A DNA stretch of 64,000 nucleotides from Zygnema circumcarinatum SAG 698-1b (Eukaryota > Plantae > Zygnematophyceae): contig CM074804.1 of assembly GCA_037447605.1 (NCBI GenBank), forward strand, positions 4,503,909-4,567,908, in the 5' to 3' direction. The first letter of the stretch is position 1, and every line of letters begins with the position of its first letter. The notes below the pieces were generated by a model, which was given only the letters and a program-made list of their open reading frames with translations, did not search any database and was not told the DNA's origin. Positions 50,530-60,339 of this stretch are shown here, in pieces. Both the position numbers and the translations under genes were made by a program.

Positions 50530-51180
50530 AGAAAAGGATGTTTGATTGAACTCACGATGGCAAGGCCATCAAATGTACATGGAGAAAATCGACATAAGGA
50601 ACCAAAAGAAGCGGTCACAACGGACATAAGGACCAAGAGAAAGCCTTGAAACGGAAATCAACTTCTAGGCGCAACAACACGGCACTAGAAGCAGCCGCGA
50701 AGGTCGCCAATGTGGGGCGCAGTACGCGCGGGAAGGGGCGGAAGACCACCGGGACGGGTCCCAACAACTGCGGCACGTCGAAGGATCGTGGAAGCAAGAC
50801 ACCGCTGTAAGGCGACGGAAATGCGTTGTCGATAAAAAGTTGTAAGGATCGCTGGGGGAGGGCTTCCGGGGCCGTGCATCTCGAAGGAGCGATGGGCGCA
50901 CTGGCGAAGGAAGACTTCCAACCGAGCATCAAGGCAGCCAAAAATTTCGACCGCCAATGGAACAAACTCATCGGCCGAGTCGCGGTGAGCATACGCGCGC
51001 TCCTTACGAAGGGCCGCTTCGCGGGCAGCGACGCCCTCGTGGTGTGCGGCACGGGATAACAAAGCACGGCGAGTCGGATCAGCCAATACGACGTCCCCAA
51101 AAATACGTCGCGCGCCGTCCAAAAGAGCAAGGTCAGGCCGCACATTGCGCTCGCCCGTTGAAGTCGGCCGAGGTGGTATA
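50530..51180 (-). mobile_element. 5'-truncated CRE-like non-LTR retrotransposon (restriction-like endonuclease C-terminus + 3'UTR), 10-bp TSD
   Basis: The open frame ending at 50685 reads RPDLALLDG...GDVVLADP...AAREAALRKERAY...FVPLAVEIFG...YRQRISVALQR (RLE PD..D..K..Y pattern). TSD ACTGTAAATA lies at 50520-50529 and 51181-51190. Confidence 0.85.
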
Positions 51181-51207
51181 ACTGTAAATAGTCGCCCCCA
51201 TATAATA

Positions 51208-51806
51208 TATATTATATTATACAACTGTGACGACTAGATAACGGCTGATATGTATTACTTTACAACGCCTTTACAACATGTACGGTCGTACGGTCCCGAC
51301 CGTACATGTCCCTGCCTCTCGGCGGCGAGCACGAGCACGAGCAGACAGAGTGAACCAGACGGACGCATTTCGCAACGCCAACGCCAAAACGACCTATTTT
51401 TGGTATGGTACGACCGTACTCGTACGGTCGTCAATTGTTCAAAACGAGTGGGTATAATATATGTAATAAAGTGTTTTACTTTGTACTATATTACTAGTTT
51501 TAAACCCGTTGTAAAGTATATAATATAGTCGGAATTTATAACGCGGGCCATCCCATATATTATACCCACTCGTTTTGAACAATTAACGACCGTACGACCG
51601 TACGAGTACGGTCGTACGGTCGTACCATACCAAAATTAGGTCGTTTTGGCGTTGGCGTTGCGAATTTGCGTCCGTCTGGTTCACTCTGTCTTCACCGCAT
51701 AATACCGTACAGTCGTACGACCGTACGACCGTACATGTTGTAAAGGCGTTGTAAAGTATTATATAACAGCCGTTATTTAGTCGTCACAGTTATATAATAT
51801 AATATA
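51208..51806. mobile_element. ~600-bp foldback element with ~250-bp imperfect TIRs (TATATTATATTATA.AACTGTGACGAC), rich in CGTACG(A/G)C subrepeats
   Basis: The left arm (51208 to ~51460) mirrors the right arm (~51555 to 51806), with indels. Confidence 0.75.
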
Positions 51807-51841
51807 GATTATATAGTCGTAATTAAGCCATCCCTAGTCTA

Positions 51842-52561
51842 CACACAGACCTTTTTTCGACGGGCAGGTTCTATTTTAGAAAAAAGAGGTTAAAAAACGA
51901 AAAATGATTTTTTCACATCTTTTTTGCATATACACACTCCTTTTTCAGTCTGGCAGATTTTATTTTACAAAAAAAAAGTTTTGAAACCCTAAAAACGCAT
52001 TATAATTCCACAAGCATTGCCACAGACACCCGGACAATCATCAAACATTGTGGCATTGAGGTTTGAGGGATGTTGTTTAACTTTGCGACCTCTTTGAGCC
52101 ACTTCGTCTCTTTCACAAAATACAAGATCGCCCTTAAAGAACATAGACACTACGGTCATCGATTTTTGGTGAAAGAAAAAAAAGGGAAAAAGAAAAAAAA
52201 AAGGAAAAAGGAGAAAGCACAAATTCTAGCATGTTTTCATTGTTTGAATGGTAAATAAACGTTACATGCCTGCAAACTCTTCTCGTATTGGGTCAAAGAG
52301 ACGAAGAGGGTCAAAGAGGTCGCAAAGTTAAACAACATCCCTCAACACCACAATGTCTGTCAATTATTGTCCGGATGTCTCTGGCAATGCTGGTGGAATT
52401 ATAATGCGTTTTTAGGGTTTCAAAACCTTTTTTTTGTAAAATAAAATCTGCCCGACGGAAAAAGGAGTGTGTGTATACAAAAAAGATGTGAAGAAAACAT
52501 TTTTCATTTTTTAACCTCGTTTTTCTAAAATAGAACCTGCCCGTCGAAAAAGGTCTGTGTG
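51842..52561. mobile_element. 720-bp MITE with ~270-bp imperfect TIRs (CACACAGACCTTTTTTCG...), TA TSD
   Basis: The junctions read gtcTA-CACACAGACC...GGTCTGTGTG-TAgac. The arms mirror each other through ...gacctctttga / tcaaagaggtc. Confidence 0.8.
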
Positions 52562-52604
52562 TAGACAAAAAAGGTGTGAGAATAGAATTTCCCTATTTCA
52601 AATA

Positions 52605-52808
52605 GGGGGAGTCAGACCTTGACCATCGCTTGCGAAATTCCCGAATTCCTTATACTAAAAGTCACTTCTTTCTTTCGTGTACGAATTCCTGGTCGGGATC
52701 CGCGGCTCTGTAGTACCGAGCCATACCGAAATGCGTACCTAGCCAATGTTGAATTCGCCCGACAGGCTTGCTTAATTGATTTGACCATGGTCAAGGTCTG
52801 ACTCCCCC
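52605..52808. mobile_element. MITE with TIR GGGGGAGTCAGACCTTGACCA, TA-flanked (copy b, different internal sequence)
   Basis: The TIRs are identical to copy a; the element is 204 bp versus 277 bp. Confidence 0.8.
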
Positions 52809-53100
52809 TATATCTCTATTTCGCAGACTTTTGGCCGTGTTTTTAGGCCCGGAGCAGACTCTTACCGCGGTACGGACGCGGTTTTTCGTGCCCCGGGCAT
52901 TTCTTCTTCCCCCCCCCCTCGAGCTGTCCGTGGCCCCGTGCCCACCCCCAACCCTACTGGCCTCCGTCCCTCCGTCCCTCCGTCCCTCCCCTCCCCTCCC
53001 GGCCCCGGCCCCGGTCCCAGCGGCGAGCGGAGCGAGGACTGAGGGCGGCGAGGAGGCGCGCGCGAAGTCGTCGACTGCTGTCGCTGTGTTTCTCCGCCGC

Positions 53101-53186
53101 CACGTGGCACGTCCTTGCAGCGCCTACGTGGCGTTCGCACCTTCCATACCACTGCCACGTGGCGCTATCTGCCGCCGACACGTGGC
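53101..53186 (+). promoter_or_regulatory. Four ACGTGGC (G-box/ABRE-type) motifs just upstream of the ALPH start
   Basis: (C/T)ACGTGGC starts at 53101, 53125, 53156 and 53179. Confidence 0.5.
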
Positions 53187-53206
53187 GACTGTCCCCCCTC
53201 TCTGCT

Positions 53207-55911
53207 ATGAGCGGGGTGACAGCGCAGGCCGTCTTCTTGCAGAAGAATTTGTTTAGGGTTCCCGCGGCCACCTCCTTGGCGCATTTCGTGGAAGGAGGCC
53301 ATGGATCCTTCCTTCTACTATACAGGCGCTCCAAGGCGTCTCTGCCGCTTTCAGAGCGGCATCTCCCCTTCGACGGCGGGACAGAGAAGAAGCTTCTGCT
53401 TTGCGCGAATAAGGCGCAGCCGCGGAGGCTGTACAGAGAAGGCGCCATGGCATGGCAATCGAAGGTATATTCTACGGTGACCCAGGGCAGCCAAACATCT
53501 TCCGTCTGTCTCTCCTGGCGAGGGCTGACAACCTTCCATGACGGAAGTAGCTCCGGCCATGGCTGCCTTGGCAATGCGGCGGAGCAAGGAGGATGGAGGG
53601 TGCAGGCCGTGAATTCTGATGTGGAGGCTACGGAGGAGGGCGGCACAGGGAGGAGAAAGAGAGTGGTGCATGCTGTTCTGAGGGAGCAAACCATTGGAGA
53701 CGGCCGTATTATTATTGTTGGCGATATCCATGGTTTGTATGCTGCCTTCTTCACTAGGTTGCTCGCCCCGCAGGCAGGACTGGTTATGAGGTTTACAGAC
53801 TCGTTAAGGTTCAAGTTTTAGGGTTACAGGGCAGGTCACTTTGATGTCTAGGAGTTACAAGGATGACATTTCTACTGTAAGTCAGTGCCTTTTTTTCCAA
53901 CTTTCTGCTGATTTGATTAAATCAACTTTTCCGCCGAAACTTTGTTATCCGTCGCCATTTCGAGTCATTCTATCGCGTTATGGCCACTCAAAGTCCACAT
54001 ATTTTCCTTGGTATTGAATGCAGGGTGCTCCGACGAGTTTGTAGAATTGCTTCGTAAGTGTGAATGGCAAGCGAAAGACTCGGTTGTGCTTGTCGGAGAT
54101 CTTGGCAATAAGGTGATCCTCTATCCCGCTATGCAATGTTTCCTGCTGAAGCTTAGCGACATGGGACTGTGGTTTCAAATGATCAAATTCTTAACTTGCA
54201 AGGCAGAACCGCAAATTCTACACTCTAAATTTGAATGTCTGCATAATTGGATGTATGTGAGCTGAATTATGCGAAGCATTGGGGTATCATTCTGCATGCA
54301 GGGCCCCAAGTCTGCGGAGGTTGTGGCCATGGCCAGGCAGATGGGAGCTCATGTTGTGCGCGGCAATCATGATGACAAGGTGCTGTCTGTTCTGGCGGCG
54401 ACACGTGGCAAGGGAGGTGCGCAGGTGCTGCATCCTCGCAGACCTCTCTATTTCTGTTTTAGGGGTTTATCCGAAATTTTGCTACATTTGTTTTGCTTTC
54501 TTAGTTCATGTAACTTAGTTGTGACAAAGAAGGGGGTTGTTCGTCCACTCCCTGCAGGGAATGAATCAAGGGGCACCTCTTGGGTGAAGCGGCTGAGCGC
54601 ATCTGATATATCTTGGATGGAGGGGCTACCATACAGTCTCTCGATTCCCTCTCATCGTGCTATTGTGGTACACTCTCTCTCAATACTTAGCGATTATAAC
54701 TGCATTTTGCAGAAGACGTTTTATGCAGAAATCTTGTTAACTCGTTTTCTTTGGCAGGTGCATGCTGGGCTCATTCCCGGAATCTCACTTCATCAGCAGC
54801 GGCTCTTTGATATGTACACTCTGAGATATATTAGACCAGTTCATACCAACGAGGTGGCCACCAAGAGGGGGGCTGGAGTTTGGGAGGCCTGCAGTGAAGG
54901 GGAGGAGAATTCTGTTTTATGGGGGAGTGTCTGGCAAGGGCCTCCCCATGTCTTCTTTGGTCACGACGCAGCGAGAGGTTTGCAGCTGTGAGGCTCTCCC
55001 ACTCACCTTTTGTCAAGCATTCCCTGGCTGCCTTTCCCAGCCCCTTCCTACACCAGGACCTCTATTAAGTCAAAGGAAGGAAGGATTCGCGGCTCTGAAG
55101 AAGTGGGCCCATTTTGGGTCAATGAGACAAAGTCGTAACCCCATTTAACGCTATAATAGTACTCTTTTACACTCCCTTAGCCCCATTACTAGGTATTGAG
55201 ACATTCACTAAAGTTGTATTACCGTTACAAATACGAATAAGAAGCTTTTCCAAAATGTGGGGATCTGCCTTGCGATGTACCTTCGCTCCCAGCCGCAGCC
55301 TTGCTTATTTGCTGGCGCATTCAAACCTTCCACTGTTGTCCGCCTTTCTTCATCCAATGTTACTAAACTAGCCAGCCTATGAGTCGGTGCTCTTCACAGT
55401 TGTTGCCTATCTCTTGATTCTCCACTTCCTCCTCCGTTCCTTCCTTAAACGCAGCATAATGCTGCGGTCCACTGGGGACAACACGACTTTTTCTTCTCCT
55501 AGATTATTTGACAAGTGATCGAGTGAAGGTGAAACGAGAGTATGAGAGTGGGACGGTAGAGAGGTCTTAGAAACCCTACAAGCGCACAGTATCATAATCC
55601 AGAGGAGGTCGTTGACGCGGCTGGTCTTGCTACGATAATTTCAGGAAGATGCTACTGTATCTTGTTCTTTCTGATCATTCTATCCTTTCTAAACGAGGAT
55701 TATTTGTTTCCGCAGGTACAAACATGCCACGGGGCTTGACACGGGTTGTTGTTATGGGGGACGACTGACTGCATGCATCCTCCCTACTCTCCAAGAATTT
55801 GGAAGGAGCTCTAGGTCGTTAGAAGATGTAGATAGGCCGTTAGGCGGGCGTCTTGTGCATGTTTCCGCCGCAGGTACATATGAGCCTATAAAGAGGAAGA
55901 GGCAGTCCTAA
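53207..55911 (+). CDS. ApaH-like phosphatase (ALPH; PPP-family metallophosphoesterase, yeast Ppn2-like) with a long transit-peptide-like N-terminus
   Basis: Spliced motifs: GRIIIVGDIHG/CSDEF, VVLVGDLGNK/GPKS, VRGNHDD, WMEGLPYSLSIP, VHAGLIPG, HVFFGHDAARGLQ, ATGLDTGCCYGGRLTA; stop TAA at 55909-55911. Confidence 0.88.
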
Positions 55912-56436
55912 ATGGACCTCATCAAAGGCTTGAGCTGCATTTGTAAGGAATTAGGTGAATGCTACTAAGGTGAACCTCCATCCTATTGTGCAATGGACTC
56001 TCAACTTTCTCAATGTGATGTGATGTGATGGTAAATTCGATATCGTGTATTGGAAACGATGAGAAGAATGGTGACGATGATGGTGGTTATGGGATGAGGG
56101 AAGTGAGGGAACCTAAAGGTCATCCTCGTGCTCTTTCTGTGTGCCATGTCGATCACGATCTCCCGCCTCGTTCTTCCTAGAATGGGTAGAGCTCGTTTGG
56201 GATTGTCAATCTTGGAAAACACACAGGTTTTGCCTGAGGAGTTGTTTCTAAAGTAGTACTATTTATTCCGCTGTTGTAGATTAAAACGCTGGAAAAAACT
56301 TTACTCGAAGTATACTTTCCTACTTCCCCACTTCCCCACTTCCTTTCTCAAGATCGACAGGCCTTAATATGGAAAGAGGGAAGAAAGGTGTAAGTAAATA
56401 ATCAATCTGGGATTCAACAGTAAAAGAGGTGATACT

Positions 56437-56786
56437 GTATTGGCTGGACCATTAAATCAGCAAACATTGGCCCACTATCGGACAACAATCGTTGGTACAA
56501 TGGTTGGCCGTTCAATGAATCGTAATCATTGGAACCAATGGTTGCAAGCAATGGCAATGGTTGATTCGGTCCGATGCCCATTGTTCGTAACCAGTAGAAT
56601 GGTTGACAATCCAATGGTTGTTTTGGTCGTGAATCAATGGTTCGCAGTCATTCCAATGATTGGCAACAGTTGGATCTCAATGATTGCAACCACTGACAAC
56701 GATTGTTTGGTTCGCGATCCAATGGATCGCAACCCTTCCAATGGTTGATCTAAAACTTGTCCATTGTATTGCTCGGTACAATGGCC
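56437..56786. repeat. Largest cluster of CCAATGGTT/AACCATTGG motifs
   Basis: About 15 variants at roughly 20-25-bp spacing. Confidence 0.65.
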
Positions 56787-57154
56787 GACATTCAGTTTCA
56801 ATGCGATGTACTGTACTGTTCAGTAATCTTGGCGTCCAGTAAGCGGGCGATCGGTTCACACTTCGAGGTCGCCGGATCGCTGGATGGCTCGCGCCGTCAC
56901 CTTCCGCGCTGGCTGGCACGGGTCCTCCACTCAGCTCGGGAGTCAAGTCGAAGTGTGTGTGCCACCCGACGGCGATCGGAAGGTTCGTGATTTGCATGCG
57001 CGGCAGACTGCCGCTGGACGATCGCCATCGAGGGGGATCGTCACATCTCCCCCCTCGACCATACCATATGGTACCATACATAGTTCGCAGGAGGGAGTGC
57101 TCCCAAAAGTCCCAATGGATAAAGCTCGAGAGACGTTCTAGAGGATGATGTTAG

Positions 57155-57305
57155 TGGCATTGATCTCACGATGGCGATGCCATCAAATGTACATGGACAA
57201 AATCAGCATGGGGTGGGGAACCACTAGGTAACTGGTCGCAACGGATCTAGGGACAAAAGAAAAAAGCTAGGAGCGGAAAGCTTCGCTTTAGGCTCAACAA
57301 CGCTC
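57155..57305 (-). mobile_element. 3'-end fragment (~150 bp) of the CRE-like family
   Basis: ggcattgatctcacgatggcgatgccatcaaatgtacatgga...aggctcaacaac aligns with 50548-50680. Confidence 0.8.
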
Positions 57306-57833
57306 GGAAGGAAGCTCGGAAGGGCGTTCTAGAAGCTTCGTTTAAGGACGATTCTCGTACGGCTCTGAACTCGGGAATTTTTTTTTTCCCTCTATGGCGC
57401 GCCAATCACAGTCCGCCACGGCTCGCGTTGGACGCGCGGCAGGACGCGACTGGTTAGAAATTGTTCAAAAGAAGTTTATCGAGGGTGAATTCCAATTGCA
57501 CCCCCGCCTGCCTGTGCGGGCCCGCCCGCCCGGCGGCCTGCGCGGCTCCGGGCGCTGCACCTCGCCTGGAATCGCGACCGCGAGCGATTCCTCGCGCGGG
57601 GACGGGGAGGCGCCACGTTCTTTGTAGGACGGTGGTCGGCCTGGACGCGCAGAGCCACCTCGCGCATAGAACGCCCGGAAGGGAAAAGAAGCCTCTTAAG
57701 CGCCCGTGCAGTAGAGAGGTCAGCGGTGAAGGGCTTCTTAGGGTTCCTGAGGTCAGAGGCTTGTTAGGTTGTTGATACCAGGAAGGAGGTTTCTTAGAGG
57801 GTTTTCTTACTCGCTGAAGTCAAAGGAAATTCC

Positions 57834-59320
57834 ATGGAGGCCCTGTGTAGGGTGCAGACTCATGCAGCCATGGGGCTGGCTGTATATAGGCCAGAGAATT
57901 CAGGAAGCTCCTGTAGCTCCTCCACAGCTGCCGTATACGAATACTGCTCTCTTGGCGGCAGAAAGAAGAACGGCAGCTGCAGCAGTTCTGCAAGGAGAAG
58001 CTCGATTTATGGCCAGAACATCCTGCAAGCAGTTGCTGGCAGCAAGAGAAGCACTTCATGGAGAGGAGGGAGAGTACAGGAGGTTCAGTGTGCCATTCAG
58101 AGCGTAACTGAAGCTGATTTTGAAGCTGAAGTATTAAAATCAAGTGTTCCTGTAATGGCCGACTTTTGGGCATCCTGGTGCGGCCCTTGCAGGCTTGTGG
58201 TTCCTGTCATCGAGGGCATTCAGAAGGTATTCCTTTTTCCTGGAACCTTTGCTTTAGGCACGGAGTAGTGCAATTTGAATGCTTGGAATGTGTGAGAGGT
58301 GTTGGGAAAGGGAGAGGAAGAGGATGGAAGTGGCGGAAAGGGCCAAAGGGAGAAAGAAAAAGTGAACGAGGTGGAGAGAGATGGGGAGCGGTGAAAGTGG
58401 AAAGAGGGATGGGGGATGAAAAAAGAGAGGCAGAGGGGAGGTGAGATAGGAAAGAGTCAGATTGAGACGGAGAGTGAGAGAGAGAGAGATGGTGCGGGGG
58501 AGATAGAGAGCGCAAGCGATAGGGAGGCTAATCATTAGCATAATGAAATTGAAATGGTAGATGATCTACCCAGCGACAAGGACGAGAGATACTTTTTGAG
58601 GCAGCAGGCGAGAATGAGAGAAACTTCTCTTTTTCTTCTTGTATTATCAAACGTCGACACCTTAGCGTGAAAACGGTATATTTTTAGAACTATTTCTTTC
58701 ACGAACTTGTGCCAACAGGAACATTCGTTAGTAATTGCCGCGATCATTTTGTGACGCCATTAGTTGACGTTTAGTCTTTGCAGATATTTCAAAACTAAGT
58801 GTTATGAGTGTATACGGAAACATAGCTGTTAGGATGCGCAGAGGGAAGGGGCAGGCCGAATATCTGAAGTACATTTTTACCCAAGTTATTTTTAATGGTG
58901 TTGAAAGTGTATGACGTTCTGAGATGAAGAGTTATCAAGAAGGCAAAGATTGTGAGAGGCTTAAGCCGAGGCGTAAGGCACAGGTAGCTGTTTGGGAGTA
59001 TGGGCTGTCCTGGAACCCATGAAGCCCTAATTTCCCAGGCATATTGACCAGGCCCTGCGTGAATTGCATTTCTTACTGTCTAACGTCTGTGATGAACGTG
59101 AATGTTGATGCAGGAATATGGAGACAAATTGAAGGTGGTTAAGATCGAGACGGACCCGAACAAGACGTTGGTTGAGAAGTATAAAGTGTACGGCTTGCCT
59201 ACCATCATCTTGTTTGAGAACGGAGAGGTGGTTCCTGGAGGCCACATAGAGGGGGCCATCACGAAGGTGAAGCTGCAGACTCTGCTCAAGGAGAAGCTGC
59301 CGGCCCTCGTGGAGTCGTAG
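57834..59320 (+). CDS. TRX-X: Plastid thioredoxin x
   Basis: Exons 57834-58226 and 59114-59320 encode a Ser-rich transit peptide, then VMADFWASWCGPCRLVVP / EYGDKLKVVKIETD...KYKVYGLPTIILFENGEVVPGGHIEGAITK (x-type signature). Confidence 0.88.
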
Positions 59321-60339
59321 GGAGAAGCCGCACAAAAGGAAAGATCAGGGAAGCACAGAGTTGAGCATGTCTATATATTTATTAATGTTTCGTTTAGTTA
59401 AGAGCACCCTCCGTTATGCGCATAGTGCATTAATTGGTTAAGTTTCCAAGTTTTTGTTCCGGATTTTTGGTTTTAAGTAGGAGTTTTGATCTGTTTGTTT
59501 GTCTGAATTCAATGTAAATCAAAAAGATGGACGTATGTGTGAGAATGACACGACGGTAACTGGTTTTTTGTAAGGGAGTAAATTTCAACCATTCGTTTTT
59601 CGGCCCTTTCCATGTACATACAGCCAGGAGTTGGCAACCTGTTGATGGCGGCTGACATCAAGCTTTGTCAATTTTATCGACTGTCCGGTTTCCAGTTTGC
59701 CGGTTCCGGTTTGCGGTTTGCTGCCGAGCCCAGTCACGGACCAACTTGTTCGGAAATATGCATTTAAAATGTCGCTCCATCACCGTCCTTCGTCCGGGCT
59801 GACCCGAAAGTCTCAGCCTGCCCGCCGTCAGAATCTTTCGCCGTCCCAGCCAGTCCTGGTCCTGCGGCGTGGCCGCCCCGCAGCCAGAGGCGCCGCCTGC
59901 CCCCGCCGCAAAGTTTGGGTCGGGCACGCCCGAACTCGCGGAGGCGCCGCAATTATTTCAAACTGAGATGACGTCAGACAGATTGTACGAGTTTTCAAGG
60001 TACGTCATCGCGCGTCATATGTGCGCGCATAGTGTCGTGCTGTACCAAAATGGTGATAAGCACAATGTACGGCGCCAAGGGACCTTCCTTTTCAGCCAAT
60101 CACGGAGGAGGAAAAGCTGCTTTGCCAGCGTGGCGGATGCTTATTGGCTGACCGTTGAGAATCAATCAATGAGCAGCCTCAGAATACCAACACGTGTAAG
60201 AGAAATTTGAGTAGATTTTTGTGAGCATGGAACCCGTTACTCACGACATAACTGGAACTGTGACATGGAGTCTTGAAACGTAATCCTTCTTTTTGCTTGG
60301 CTTCCCCATCGCAGCGCTGCTCTGCAGAGGCCGGTCGCC

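Larger units (their letters stand above)
49492..52593. mobile_element. Outer non-autonomous foldback DNA element (~80-bp arms, 8-bp TSD TATTTCAA) expanded by nested insertions
   Basis: TIRs GGAAAATTCTATTCTCACACC / GGTGTGAGAATAGAATTTCCC. TATTTCAA occurs at 49484-49491 and 52594-52601. The right arm can be rebuilt after removing the inserts. Confidence 0.8.

Noticed and set aside
50052-50636. ORFs of 127-194 aa across the MITEs
   Set aside because: They are chimeric across element junctions and show no transposase motifs.
56437-56786. Possible CRISPR-like array
   Set aside because: There is no constant-length direct repeat, orientations are mixed, the context is eukaryotic, and no cas genes are present.
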